Below, piece after piece: positions 27,587-37,892 of a stretch of 64,000 bases of DNA. Below the pieces are notes generated by a model that worked only from the letters and a program-made list of their open reading frames with translations, was not told the DNA's origin and ran no database searches. Both the position numbers and the translations under genes were made by a program. Within the stretch, counting starts at the first letter, position 1, and each line of letters starts with the position of its first letter. Origin of the DNA: Spongiibacteraceae bacterium (GTDB taxonomy: Bacteria; Pseudomonadota; Gammaproteobacteria; Pseudomonadales; CAMLJR01); assembly GCA_047602265.1 (NCBI GenBank), contig JASGHU010000001.1, positions 254,252 through 318,251 of the forward strand. Reading direction: 5' to 3'.

Positions 27587-28315
27587 ATGAATGCAGAATT
27601 TCTTGTCGCGCACCGCGGTTGGCGCCATCGTTTTCCTGAAAATACGTTGATCGCGGTGAAGGGAGCGCTCGACGCGGGCGCGCGCTATATCGAAATCGAT
27701 GTGCAGGTCACCGCCGATGGCGAGCCGGTTTTATTTCACGACGACACACTCGATCGGCTCTGCCGCCAGCGCGGTGCGATTGCCGATTACAAGTACGCAC
27801 AACTGCAACAATTTTCTGCTTACGAGCCCGATCGTTTTGGCGAACAATTTCTCGGCACGCCGATCACTCACCTGCGCGATTTAGTCGCGCTGTTCGAGCA
27901 ATATCCGCACGCGCATCTATATCTCGAAATCAAAGATAATCCCGTTATCAAATTCGGCAACGAAATCACTTACAACGCCGTACTGCCTTACATCGAAAAA
28001 ATTCGCGGGCGCTGCACTATCATCAGTTTTGTCTTCGATTTTTTGCACTACGCCACCACGCGCGGCTGGTCCGCTGTCGGCCCCGTACTCAATCGTTGGG
28101 AAGAAATCGATAGCCCAGCACTCGCCGCATTAAAACCTGCAGTCGTTTTCTGCGATGTGCACGATATTCCCGCACAGCGTGACTTGCGAGCAATTCCGCA
28201 TCCGTTGGTGGTTTACGAAGTTCAAGATGCCCACATCGCCAACAATTTGCTGCAACGGGGTGTGCAACGCGTCGAAACATTTACCGTCGGTGAATTACTG
28301 GAAACCGATGCATGA
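27587..28315 (+). CDS. glycerophosphodiester phosphodiesterase family protein
   Basis: AHRGWRHRFPENT, and YIEIDVQVTADGEPVLFHDDTLDR. Confidence 0.8.
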   Translation: MNAEFLVAHRGWRHRFPENTLIAVKGALDAGARYIEIDVQVTADGEPVLFHDDTLDRLCRQRGAIADYKYAQLQQFSAYEPDRFGEQFLGTPITHLRDLVALFEQYPHAHLYLEIKDNPVIKFGNEITYNAVLPYIEKIRGRCTIISFVFDFLHYATTRGWSAVGPVLNRWEEIDSPALAALKPAVVFCDVHDIPAQRDLRAIPHPLVVYEVQDAHIANNLLQRGVQRVETFTVGELLETDA

Positions 28316-29493
28316 ACTCCGCAGCGTCTGCCGAATTGCCGCATAACCAATTATTCGATGTTGCTGTCATCGGCGGCGGCATTCAGGGCGCAGGCACCGC
28401 GCAGGCAGCGGCGGCGGCGGGCTATCGCACACTGCTGATCGAGCGCGACGACTGGGCCAGCGCAACCTCGCGCTGGTCGAGTAAATTGGTGCACGGCGGT
28501 CTGCGTTATCTGGAGAGCGCGCAATTCAATCTGGTGTATCACAGCTTGCAGGAGCGCCAGCGTTTATTTCGCAACGCGCCTTCACTCGTCAAGCCCGTTA
28601 AATTTTTCATTCCGATTTATCGCAACACGCGCCGCAGGCCGTGGCAAATTCGTATCGGCTTGAGTCTGTACGCATTGCTCACGGGTTTGCAGCCACAGGC
28701 TTATTTTAAAAAAATTGCACGCGATGAATGGAATCAACTCGGCGGTATTCGGCAGGATAATTTACAGGCGGTATTCCAATATTGGGACGGACAGACCGAC
28801 GATGCCGCGCTGACGCGTGCGGTAGTGAGTTCGGCACGACAACTCCGCACGATTGCGATTGAAGACAGCGAATTGATCGCGCTGCAAAAGCGCAAGCATT
28901 TCGATCTTCGCATTAAAACGCATGACATCGAGTGGCATTGCTCGGCGCGCGCCGTGGTCAATGCAACGGGCCCCTGGGTCAACGAATTACTCAAGCGCTG
29001 CGAGCCGACACCGCCCGCACATGCGATGAGTTTCGTCAAAGGTACGCACATCGTGCTGCCGCCAACGACACTGCCGGGAATTTTTTATCTGGAAGCCCCG
29101 CGCGATGGCCGCGCCGTATTCGTGATGCCGTGGAAAGGAAAAACATTGGTCGGCACCACCGAGATGGAAATCAACACACCGGCAGCGCCACCGACGACGG
29201 AAGAAATCGAGTATTTATTGGAAACTGTGCGCGCGTATTTTCCTGCGCTCGATTGCACGCTATTGGATAGCTTCGCCGGTGTGCGCGTACTTCCTGCCGG
29301 CAAGGGTCGTGCATTCAGCCGCGCGCGCGAAAGTGTGATTGAAAATTTCGACGCGAATGGCTCACCGCTTATCAGTATTTATGGCGGCAAGCTCACCACC
29401 TATCGACACACCGCGGAATTGGTGGCGAAATTACTCGGCACATCGCTTGGCGAAAAACCGGCGATTGCCGATACGCGCACGCTGCCGCTATAA
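28312..29493 (+). CDS. FAD-dependent oxidoreductase, glycerol-3-phosphate dehydrogenase-like (short form)
   Basis: DVAVIGGGIQGAGTAQAAAAAGYRTLLIE...SSKLVHGGLRYLE. It overlaps the GDPD gene stop by 4 nt. Confidence 0.8.
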   Translation: MNSAASAELPHNQLFDVAVIGGGIQGAGTAQAAAAAGYRTLLIERDDWASATSRWSSKLVHGGLRYLESAQFNLVYHSLQERQRLFRNAPSLVKPVKFFIPIYRNTRRRPWQIRIGLSLYALLTGLQPQAYFKKIARDEWNQLGGIRQDNLQAVFQYWDGQTDDAALTRAVVSSARQLRTIAIEDSELIALQKRKHFDLRIKTHDIEWHCSARAVVNATGPWVNELLKRCEPTPPAHAMSFVKGTHIVLPPTTLPGIFYLEAPRDGRAVFVMPWKGKTLVGTTEMEINTPAAPPTTEEIEYLLETVRAYFPALDCTLLDSFAGVRVLPAGKGRAFSRARESVIENFDANGSPLISIYGGKLTTYRHTAELVAKLLGTSLGEKPAIADTRTLPL

Positions 29494-29563
29494 CGCCGCA
29501 TGCAGCGGCGCACTCACTTATTGAACTTGCGATACTCCACCGCCCCTTCGACGAAACTCGCGC

Positions 29564-30448
29564 TCATCGAATCACTACCGGAAACAATTGCACGCAATTG
29601 CCACCGGATTTCTTTGCGGTATACATCGCCTCATCGGATCGCTGTATGAGCAGTTGACCTTCGCTGCCATGCTCGGGAAACAACGCAACACCAATACTCG
29701 GAGAAATACACAACGACAGACCGTTAATCAGGTACGGCCGCATCAAGGTCGCGCGAATTTTTTCCGCAATCTGCTGCGCATGTTCGGCAGCGTGCACGGT
29801 ATTGAGCAGCACCAGAAATTCGTCGCCGCCCATGCGCCCGGCCGTATCCGATTCACGAATGCTGGCCAGCAGGCGTTGCGCCATTTCTATCAGTAGCGCA
29901 TCGCCAACGATATGGCCGTGCTGATCGTTGACGTTTTTGAATAAATCCAGATCGATGAATAGAAGTGCGAGACCGGTATCGTCGCGATGCGCACGATGCA
30001 TCGCTGTCTGCAGACGATCGAGAAATAAAGTGCGATTGGGCAGCCCTGTCAGCGCATCGTGTTGCGCCATATGCTCCAGTCGCAACTCCAATTGCTTGCG
30101 ATCGGAAATATCGTGCGCCACCGCGATTCGCACCTGATGTGCTTCCGACCAACGCGCCGACCACAGGATATGAACGATGCGTCCATCCTTGCGTATCCAG
30201 CGATTTTCGAAATTGAATTTTTGTTCGCCGCTCAGAATTTCATCGACGGCTTGCAGTGTTTGAGGGCGGTCATCATCGAACACCAAGGCCAGCATTGAAG
30301 TGCCGATAACTTCGGCAGGCGTGTAGCCAAAAACGCGTTCGAATGCAGCATTGACATAAACGAAGTGCCCAGCCCTATCGACAACACAGACCGCATTGAG
30401 CATCAGATCGGGTACTTCGGTGAGAAACGGATAGCTATCGGTACGCAT
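29564..30448 (-). CDS. PAS-GGDEF diguanylate cyclase
   Basis: A PAS domain is followed by GGDEF (RMGGDEFLVL) and the I-site-like RESD. I placed the start at 30448 (MRTDSYPF). Confidence 0.85.
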   Translation of the reverse strand: MRTDSYPFLTEVPDLMLNAVCVVDRAGHFVYVNAAFERVFGYTPAEVIGTSMLALVFDDDRPQTLQAVDEILSGEQKFNFENRWIRKDGRIVHILWSARWSEAHQVRIAVAHDISDRKQLELRLEHMAQHDALTGLPNRTLFLDRLQTAMHRAHRDDTGLALLFIDLDLFKNVNDQHGHIVGDALLIEMAQRLLASIRESDTAGRMGGDEFLVLLNTVHAAEHAQQIAEKIRATLMRPYLINGLSLCISPSIGVALFPEHGSEGQLLIQRSDEAMYTAKKSGGNCVQLFPVVIR

Positions 30449-30700
30449 GGATCGAATCGAGCTCCCTGCCCAGCGCATTATGAAAAATTGCGGCCAAAAC
30501 CACACCGGCACTCAGCATTATAGGCAAAATTGCTATCAACACTGCAATCTTGGCGCGCGGCGTCTGCATCAGCGATTTTTACCCACAACGCAGGTGAACA
30601 ATTGCACAATCTCTCCTTATTTGTTTGCGGTAAATTAATTTTGAATTAAGCAACTGGCTCCATAATCGCGCCGACAATTCATCTGCGTGCGGAGGCAGCA

Positions 30701-31306
30701 ATGGCAACGATAAAAGTTTGGGATATCGCGATTCGTATTTTTCATTGGTCGCTTGTCGCTGCATTTATGACTTCCTATTTCAGCGGCGAGGAAAGCGAGA
30801 CTATTCACGTCTATTCCGGATACACCATCATCGGCTTGCTGCTGTTTCGCCTGATCTGGGGTTTCGTCGGCACCCGACACGCGCGTTTTGCCGACTTCAT
30901 TTACTCGCCCTCGCGAATATTCGGGTATGCGCGTTCGCTCGCAGCCGGTTCGCCGAAACATTATCTCGGCCACAACCCGCTCGGCGGACTCATGGTCATC
31001 GCCTTGTTGATCTCGTTATCGCTCACCTGCTACAGCGGTTTGAAGCTCTATGCCGAGGAGGACGGCAAAGGTCCGCTGGCCGGAGCAACTTCGCTTAGCG
31101 TGATTACTCCCGCTTATGCGCATGAAGAGGGCGAACACAGCGGCGCAAACCGCGAAGGCGAAGAGTTTTGGGAGGAGATCCACGAGCTGTTCGTCAACCT
31201 AACGCTGGGGCTCGTGTTCCTGCACATTGCCGGTGTGATCGTTGCCAGCGCGCTGCATCGAGAAAAACTGATCAAGGCCATGCTGACCGGAAACAAGGAA
31301 ACCTGA
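30701..31306 (+). CDS. cytochrome b561/b-type (PhsC/HyaC-like) membrane protein
   Basis: VWDIAIRIFHWSL...GHNPLGG...FLHIAGVIVASALH gives a four-helix di-haem His pattern. Confidence 0.75.
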   Translation: MATIKVWDIAIRIFHWSLVAAFMTSYFSGEESETIHVYSGYTIIGLLLFRLIWGFVGTRHARFADFIYSPSRIFGYARSLAAGSPKHYLGHNPLGGLMVIALLISLSLTCYSGLKLYAEEDGKGPLAGATSLSVITPAYAHEEGEHSGANREGEEFWEEIHELFVNLTLGLVFLHIAGVIVASALHREKLIKAMLTGNKET

Positions 31307-31452
31307 AAGCCGTTGCCGTGTTACCAAACATTACAAAAACGTCAGCCACTCAATCGCCTTTCATTGAGCTAACGCAATGAAAGCGTCAGTTCACGTCACC
31401 TTTTCTCGTTATGGAATCGCCCCAACGTTATTGTGGCGACTGATTTTAACGA

Positions 31453-33681
31453 GTGATCACCGACTTGTTCGACGCAACTTTTTTGCCGGCGATTGCAATT
31501 GGAAGCAGCGGGTTCGGCTTAGCGGCACTGACAGCACTACTGTATCAATGTCTCCGACAGCGTCGGCAATTGACTTATCCGCTCGAAGAGGCGCCATTGC
31601 CGATGCTGATGATCGATCGTCAGGGATGCATCCGCGCCACCAATCATCATCTCGAAACATTATTCGGCTACGGGCCCGGCGAACTGATCGGGCAGCGTAT
31701 GGAAATTCTGGTACCGCAGACCGAACGCACCCGCCATGCGCGCATGCGCGACAATTACAGCAAATCGCCGTATCCGCAGCCGATGTCGAGCCGCGAACTG
31801 CACGGCCTGCATAAAAATGGCCGCGAAATTCCGATTGAGGTCGCGCTGAGTCCACGCCCGTCATGGCGCGGCATGAATGTGGTGGCGACGATAACCGACG
31901 CCTCCGAACGCGTGATGCGCACTGCGGAATTGCGCGAAGCGAATCGGCTCATGCAATCGATTATTCACAGCGCGCCATTCAGCATCATCGCCACCGACGC
32001 GCACGGAAAAATCATCGCGATGAGTCCCGCCGCTGAACGCATGCTGTGGTATCGCTCCGAGGAATTGGTCGGCAATTGCACGCCCGAAATCCTTCACGAC
32101 GCACAGGAAGTGATACTCGCTGCGGAAGAGCTCAGTATCGAGCTCGGTGAAATTATCCCACCGGGGTTTGATGCGTTCGTGGCGAAAGCCAAACGCGGAC
32201 TCACCGAATCGCGCGAGTGGACCTATATTCGCAAAGACGGCTCGCGCCTGCCGGTGCAATTAACGGTGACGGCACTGCGCGGCCCCGATCATCAACTACA
32301 GGGTTTTCTCGGTATCGCTTACGACATCAGCGAGCGCAAACGCAACGACGATTACATTCGCTATCTCGCCCATCACGATGCGTTAACGAGCTTACCGAAC
32401 CGCACACTGCTACAGGATCGATTGACGATTGCGATCGAACGCGCGCGCCGCTTCAATCATCGCGTGGCACTGATGATGGTTGATCTCGATCACTTCAAGC
32501 GCATCAACGATTCGCTCGGCCATCACATGGGCGATCAATTGCTCATCGTCGTTGCACAGCGGTTATCCGCGTGCGTGCGTTCGAGCGACACCGTCGCACG
32601 CATGGGCGGCGATGAATTCGTGATGGTGCTCTCCGATGTCGAAACGCTAGAACAGATAAAAATTGTCGCCGAAAAAATTGTCAGCGACGTTGCCGAGCCG
32701 ATCCATATCGGTCATCACCATTTGCAAGTGACGCCCAGCGTGGGTGTTTCGGTATTTCCGGACGATGGCAATGACGCCACCGCGCTACTCAAAAATGCCG
32801 ATACCGCCATGTACGCCGCCAAAAATAAAGGCCGCTGCAACATGCAGATATTTTCGCTGTCGATGGCGAATTCGATTTCGGCACGCATGGAAATCGAGCA
32901 GGCCTTGCGCCATGTACTCGAACTTGATCAACTCACGCTGGTGTTTCAACCGCAGATATCGCTGCGCGATCAAACCATTATCGGTATCGAGTGCCTGCTG
33001 CGCTGGCATCACCCTGAGAAAGGCACCTTCGCTCCCGCACAATTTATTCCGATCGCGGAAGAATCAGGTTTTATCGTGCCGATTGGCGAATGGGTTTTGC
33101 ACAAGGCTTGCGCGCAGGCGCGACGCCTCGAACATATCGCGGGCCGCCCACTGATCATGGCAGTGAATTTATCGCCCCGTCAGCTCAGCCAGAAAAACCT
33201 GGTTGCGGTAGTGCGTTCGGCGCTTTTCAGCAGCGGTCTCGCGCCTTCTTCGCTCGAACTCGAAATCACCGAAAATATGCTGATTCATAACACCGAAGAA
33301 ATCAGTCATCAATTGCAGGAAATTCGCGAACTCGGTGTTCGTATTGCAATCGACGATTTCGGGACAGGGTTTTCCAGCCTGTCGTACGTCACCCGCTTCC
33401 CGATCGATCGCATCAAGATCGATCAGAGCTTCGTGCGCAACGCAATCGACGATGCCAATAGCGCCGCCGTAACCACGGCCATCATCGCGATGGGGCGCAG
33501 TCTCAATCTCGATGTCACCGCAGAGGGAGTAGAGACACTCGCGCAACGTAATTTTCTTATTGAACACAACTGCAATAGCGCCCAAGGTTTTCTATACAGC
33601 CATCCACTCGATGCGCTACAGATTGAAAATTTTCTTCAACAGCACAACGGACCTTCGGTTACCGTAATTGCTGAAAATTAA
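31453..33681 (+). CDS. PAS-PAS-GGDEF-EAL c-di-GMP signalling protein
   Basis: GTG start, N-terminal TM and two PAS domains. GGDEF (RMGGDEFVMVL) and EAL (ECLLRW...ELEITE...DDFGTGFSSLSY...KIDQSF) follow. Confidence 0.9.
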   Translation: MITDLFDATFLPAIAIGSSGFGLAALTALLYQCLRQRRQLTYPLEEAPLPMLMIDRQGCIRATNHHLETLFGYGPGELIGQRMEILVPQTERTRHARMRDNYSKSPYPQPMSSRELHGLHKNGREIPIEVALSPRPSWRGMNVVATITDASERVMRTAELREANRLMQSIIHSAPFSIIATDAHGKIIAMSPAAERMLWYRSEELVGNCTPEILHDAQEVILAAEELSIELGEIIPPGFDAFVAKAKRGLTESREWTYIRKDGSRLPVQLTVTALRGPDHQLQGFLGIAYDISERKRNDDYIRYLAHHDALTSLPNRTLLQDRLTIAIERARRFNHRVALMMVDLDHFKRINDSLGHHMGDQLLIVVAQRLSACVRSSDTVARMGGDEFVMVLSDVETLEQIKIVAEKIVSDVAEPIHIGHHHLQVTPSVGVSVFPDDGNDATALLKNADTAMYAAKNKGRCNMQIFSLSMANSISARMEIEQALRHVLELDQLTLVFQPQISLRDQTIIGIECLLRWHHPEKGTFAPAQFIPIAEESGFIVPIGEWVLHKACAQARRLEHIAGRPLIMAVNLSPRQLSQKNLVAVVRSALFSSGLAPSSLELEITENMLIHNTEEISHQLQEIRELGVRIAIDDFGTGFSSLSYVTRFPIDRIKIDQSFVRNAIDDANSAAVTTAIIAMGRSLNLDVTAEGVETLAQRNFLIEHNCNSAQGFLYSHPLDALQIENFLQQHNGPSVTVIAEN

Positions 33682-33695
33682 TCGGGCCTAGTGCA

Positions 33696-36600
33696 TTACG
33701 CTGCACGATAAAAAATAAGGGGCGATGCGGGCGAATTAAACTGCGCCAGCAACTCTTTCTCGCGCAGCCCTGCTTGCTCGATCGCCTTCATTTTTACCGG
33801 ACCATAACCGCGGATTTTTTCTGGAATCGCCGCAATATCGACAGCAATCGAATGATTGCCCTGAGTTAAATTCTGCAAAACATACTGCACGGTATCGCGA
33901 TAATGACCAATTAGGTCTCTTTCGGCTTTTCGCTCCTGCGTGTAACCAAACGGGTCAAGCGCCGTTGCACGCAGCGATTTGAATTTCGCCAGCAGGCCAA
34001 ACGTTTTCAACACCCAGCCCGGCAGCGCATATTTACGTGGACGACCTGTCGCCTTATCAATCGGTGAAAACATCGGCGGTGACAGATAGATTTTCAACTC
34101 GTAATCGCCTTCAAAGCTCTCATCGAGCTGTTTTTTAAAATCACCGTTGCTGTAAAGGCGCGCGACTTCATATTCATCCTTGTACGCCATCAACTTATAC
34201 AGATTGCGAGCCACCGTTTTGCTCAACGCGAAACCGGCATCGCCACTCACCACTGCTTCGCGACGACGAACCTGCTCGACACAATCGACATAGGCTTGCG
34301 CGTATTGCTCATCTTGATAATCAACCAATCGCGCGCGGCGATCGGCGATAATGTCGTCGAGATTCTCCAGCGGCTGCCAAACTTTTTCATCAAAGCCGGC
34401 ATGCTTATACAGCGCAACGATATCGACCGCCGCATGCCGCCCCCAGGTAAACGCACGCTGATTTTCCTCAATCTCTACACCGTTGAGCGCAATCGCTTTA
34501 AGCAGCGCTTCCGCACTCACTGGCAACAAGCCTTTTTGGTAAGCGAATCCCAACAGGAAAATATTGGTGTAGGCCGTGCTACCCATCAACTTTTGGGAAA
34601 GTTCCGTTGCGCTGACGAACGCAGTTTTTTCGACGCCCACTTCTTTCGCTATCGAATCGCGCAATGCGTTTTCGGAAACCGTCACATCCGGATCGAACAC
34701 GAACGCCGCTGTCGGCGCCATCGCCGTGTTGACGACTGCGTGCGAGCGATCGGCAATAACCCGTGTCAGCGAATCATCCGATGCCGCTACAACAAGATCG
34801 CAACCGATCAATAGATCGGCGTCACACGCAGGAATGCGCACAGCTTTGATATCACTTTGTTTCGCCGCAATGCGCACATGACTCACCACCGCACCGAATT
34901 TTTGCGCGAGTCCGGTTTGATTCATCGTCGCGCAGCCTTTGCCTTCGATATGCGCAGCCATCGCAATCAATGCCGCCGCGGTTAATACGCCCGTACCGCC
35001 GACACCGGCGACGACAATATTCCACGGCATAAATAATTTCGGTAATTTTGGATTAACCAATTTAGGCAGAGAATCAACAGCAACGGGTTGTGGTTTTCGC
35101 AGCGTACCGCCATGCACGGTGACGAACGAAGGACAGAAGCCATCGACGCAGCTGAAATCTTTATTGCAGGCATCCTGATCGATACGGCGCTTACGGCCGA
35201 GTTCGGTTTCGAACGGCAGCACCGATAAGCAATTCGAGGTTTTGCTGCAATCGCCGCAACCTTCACAAACCGCCGCGTTGATAAACGCGCGCTTGGGTAA
35301 ATCGGCCAGCGATTTATTTTTGCGGCGACGACGCTTTTCCGCAGCGCAGGTCTGCCGATAAATCAGTACGGTTGTACCTTGGGTTTCGCGCAATTCCTTT
35401 TGAATACTATCGAGACGACGGCGATGATCGATGGTGAGACCGGGAAACTTCGGCAATGTGCGGCGAAATTCATTGGGATTATCAGAAACGATCGCGATGC
35501 GTTGCACACCTTCGCCACGTAATTGATAAATCAATTTTTCCAGACTTAAATCGCCATCGACTTTTTGCCCGCCCGTCATCGCCACGGCATCGTTGTGCAA
35601 AATTTTGTACGTGATATTCACGCCGGCAGCAATCGTTTGCCGAATCGCAAGAATCCCCGAGTGAAAATAGGTTCCGTCACCCAAATTCTGGAAAATATGC
35701 GGCGTGTCGGTGAATGCTGCCTGCCCCACCCACGGCGTACCTTCACCACCCATTTGCGTAAACGTGAGCGTGTTACGATCAGGCATCCATGTCGCCATGT
35801 AATGACAGCCAATGCCACCGACTGCGCGGCTGCCCTCGGGAACGCGGGTCGAGGTATTGTGCGGGCAACCCGAACAATAATGCGGCAGGCGTTCAGCAAG
35901 GGGAGCGCGCGCATTCAGTGTGCTCTCTTTCTCTCGTAGAGAATTCAGGCGTTTTTCAATCGTCGCACTGGTGTAAAAACGGCGAATACGCGCAGCGATG
36001 ACTTGCGCGACCATCGCCGGAGTCAGCTCACCGGTATTCGGCAATAAATCGTTGCCGTGCTCATCGAATTCGCCGATCACACGCGGACGTTCTGCCACGG
36101 GCCAGTTATACAATTGGCTCGTCAGTTGATCTTCAACAATTGAGCGCTTTTCCTCGACGACGAGAATTTCTTCGAGACCGCGCGCAAATTCGTGGGTCAT
36201 CACCGGCTCGAGCGGCCAGCTCATGCCGAGTTTGTAAACACGCAGTCCGATACGCGCCGCTTCGCGATCATCGATGCCTAAATCCTCCAGCGCCTGCATC
36301 ACATCGAGATAGGCCTTACCCGTGGTAATAATGCCGAGACGCGGACGCTCGCTGTCGATCACAATGCGATTCAATTTATTCACGCGCGCAAATTCGCGCG
36401 CCGCGTAAATTTTGTATTTATTGAGACGCTTTTCTTGCGCAAGCGGCGTATCGGGCCAACGCGCATGCACACCGTCAGTCGGTAACGCAAAACCGTCAGG
36501 GATAATAATATTGACGCGATGCGGATCGATCTCGGCAGAAATCGCCGAATCCATATTATCGGTCACCGCTTTCAACGCCACCCACGCGCCGCAGTAGCGC

Positions 36601-37187
36601 GATAATTCCCAGCCATAAATACCGAGATCCAACACCTCCTGCACATTGGCAGGATTCAATACCGGAATTGATGCGGCGATGAACATGTGCTCGGACTGAT
36701 GCGGCACGGAGGATGAACGTGCGGCGTGATCGTCGCCTGCAATGGCGAGCACACCGCCGTAGCGCGAAGTGCCAAACATGTTGGCGTGCTTGATCGCATC
36801 CATACTGCGATCGACACCCGGCCCCTTGCCGTACCACATGCCGAACACACCGTCGTATTTTGCACCCTCAAAAATATTGACCTGCTGCGAGCCCCACACC
36901 GCCGTCGCCGCGAGATCTTCGTTCACGCCGGGTTGAAAGTGGATATGGTGTTTTTGCAGAAATGGTCGCGCTTTCCACAGCGTTTGATCTAAGCCGGCCA
37001 ACGGCGAACCACGATAACCCGAAATAAAACCGGCGGTGTTGAGTCCGCGCTCGACATCGCGCTGATGCTGCAGAATCGGCAATCGCACCAGCGCTTCGAT
37101 ACCTGTCATGTAGGCGCAGGTGCTATCGAGCGACCACTTATGATCGAGAGAAATAGGACGATCGTTCAAAGAGGACGAGTGCAACAT
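33696..37187 (-). CDS. indolepyruvate:ferredoxin oxidoreductase family protein (fused alpha-beta)
   Basis: 1163 aa with a TPP-binding N-terminal part, a 4Fe-4S Cys cluster (CEGCGDCSKTSNC) and a C-terminal IorB-like domain. Confidence 0.9.
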   Translation of the reverse strand: MLHSSSLNDRPISLDHKWSLDSTCAYMTGIEALVRLPILQHQRDVERGLNTAGFISGYRGSPLAGLDQTLWKARPFLQKHHIHFQPGVNEDLAATAVWGSQQVNIFEGAKYDGVFGMWYGKGPGVDRSMDAIKHANMFGTSRYGGVLAIAGDDHAARSSSVPHQSEHMFIAASIPVLNPANVQEVLDLGIYGWELSRYCGAWVALKAVTDNMDSAISAEIDPHRVNIIIPDGFALPTDGVHARWPDTPLAQEKRLNKYKIYAAREFARVNKLNRIVIDSERPRLGIITTGKAYLDVMQALEDLGIDDREAARIGLRVYKLGMSWPLEPVMTHEFARGLEEILVVEEKRSIVEDQLTSQLYNWPVAERPRVIGEFDEHGNDLLPNTGELTPAMVAQVIAARIRRFYTSATIEKRLNSLREKESTLNARAPLAERLPHYCSGCPHNTSTRVPEGSRAVGGIGCHYMATWMPDRNTLTFTQMGGEGTPWVGQAAFTDTPHIFQNLGDGTYFHSGILAIRQTIAAGVNITYKILHNDAVAMTGGQKVDGDLSLEKLIYQLRGEGVQRIAIVSDNPNEFRRTLPKFPGLTIDHRRRLDSIQKELRETQGTTVLIYRQTCAAEKRRRRKNKSLADLPKRAFINAAVCEGCGDCSKTSNCLSVLPFETELGRKRRIDQDACNKDFSCVDGFCPSFVTVHGGTLRKPQPVAVDSLPKLVNPKLPKLFMPWNIVVAGVGGTGVLTAAALIAMAAHIEGKGCATMNQTGLAQKFGAVVSHVRIAAKQSDIKAVRIPACDADLLIGCDLVVAASDDSLTRVIADRSHAVVNTAMAPTAAFVFDPDVTVSENALRDSIAKEVGVEKTAFVSATELSQKLMGSTAYTNIFLLGFAYQKGLLPVSAEALLKAIALNGVEIEENQRAFTWGRHAAVDIVALYKHAGFDEKVWQPLENLDDIIADRRARLVDYQDEQYAQAYVDCVEQVRRREAVVSGDAGFALSKTVARNLYKLMAYKDEYEVARLYSNGDFKKQLDESFEGDYELKIYLSPPMFSPIDKATGRPRKYALPGWVLKTFGLLAKFKSLRATALDPFGYTQERKAERDLIGHYRDTVQYVLQNLTQGNHSIAVDIAAIPEKIRGYGPVKMKAIEQAGLREKELLAQFNSPASPLIFYRAA

Positions 37188-37239
37188 CGCATCAAACTCC
37201 TGGCACGCAGGCCTTCTGATTCAACGCTTTGCTTTTACA

Positions 37240-37293
37240 TTTTCTTTTAAAAAGCCCGTTTTCTTTTAAAAAGCCGATTTTCTTTTAAAAAGC
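37240..37293. promoter_or_regulatory. three 19-nt-phased AT-rich near-palindromic boxes (probable Lrp-type operator array)
   Basis: TTTTCTTTTAAAAAGC occurs at 37240-37255, 37259-37274 and 37278-37293. The array lies between the divergent oxidoreductase and Lrp genes. Confidence 0.55.
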
Positions 37294-37390
37294 TTAGTTG
37301 CTAGAGCTGGAAATTTTTATGTTATTTGCCAACCGAAAACTATACTGAGCGCATAACTCATGCAGTTCCTTTGGTTTCGGAGGCAACAAA

Positions 37391-37888
37391 ATGCCTATCG
37401 ACTTGAATCAAAAGCCTATTGAACTCACTCCAAAAGATGTCGCGATTCTGCGATTGCTACAACAGGATGCCAGCCTCACCTCAACCGCTATCGCCGAGCG
37501 CTTGAATCTTTCCCAATCGCCCTGCTGGCGGCGTATCAACCACATCGAACAGGAAGGTCTCATACGAAGACGAGTTGCGCTGCTCGACCGCGAAAAGCTC
37601 GGCATGGATGTAGTGGTATTCGCCACACTCAACTTATCCATGCATGACCGTGAGCACGTCGAACATTTTGAGCGCGATATTCTGAAATTTCCGGAAGTCA
37701 TGGAGTGCTACACGATGACAGGCGCATGGGATTACATGCTCAAAATCCTCGTGCGCGATGTGCGTCACTACGAGCAATTCATTCGCCAGCATTTGCTAAC
37801 GATGCCGGTCATTCGCGAAATGCATTCGCATATTGCAGTGACGGAAATTAAAAATACAACGGAGTTGCCGTTAGATACGCAGTTGTAG
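37391..37888 (+). CDS. Lrp/AsnC-family transcriptional regulator
   Basis: An HTH (ILRLLQQDASLTSTAIAERLNLSQSPCWRRI) is followed by a RAM/ACT-like C-terminal domain. Confidence 0.9.
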   Translation: MPIDLNQKPIELTPKDVAILRLLQQDASLTSTAIAERLNLSQSPCWRRINHIEQEGLIRRRVALLDREKLGMDVVVFATLNLSMHDREHVEHFERDILKFPEVMECYTMTGAWDYMLKILVRDVRHYEQFIRQHLLTMPVIREMHSHIAVTEIKNTTELPLDTQL

Positions 37889-37892
37889 CGCT

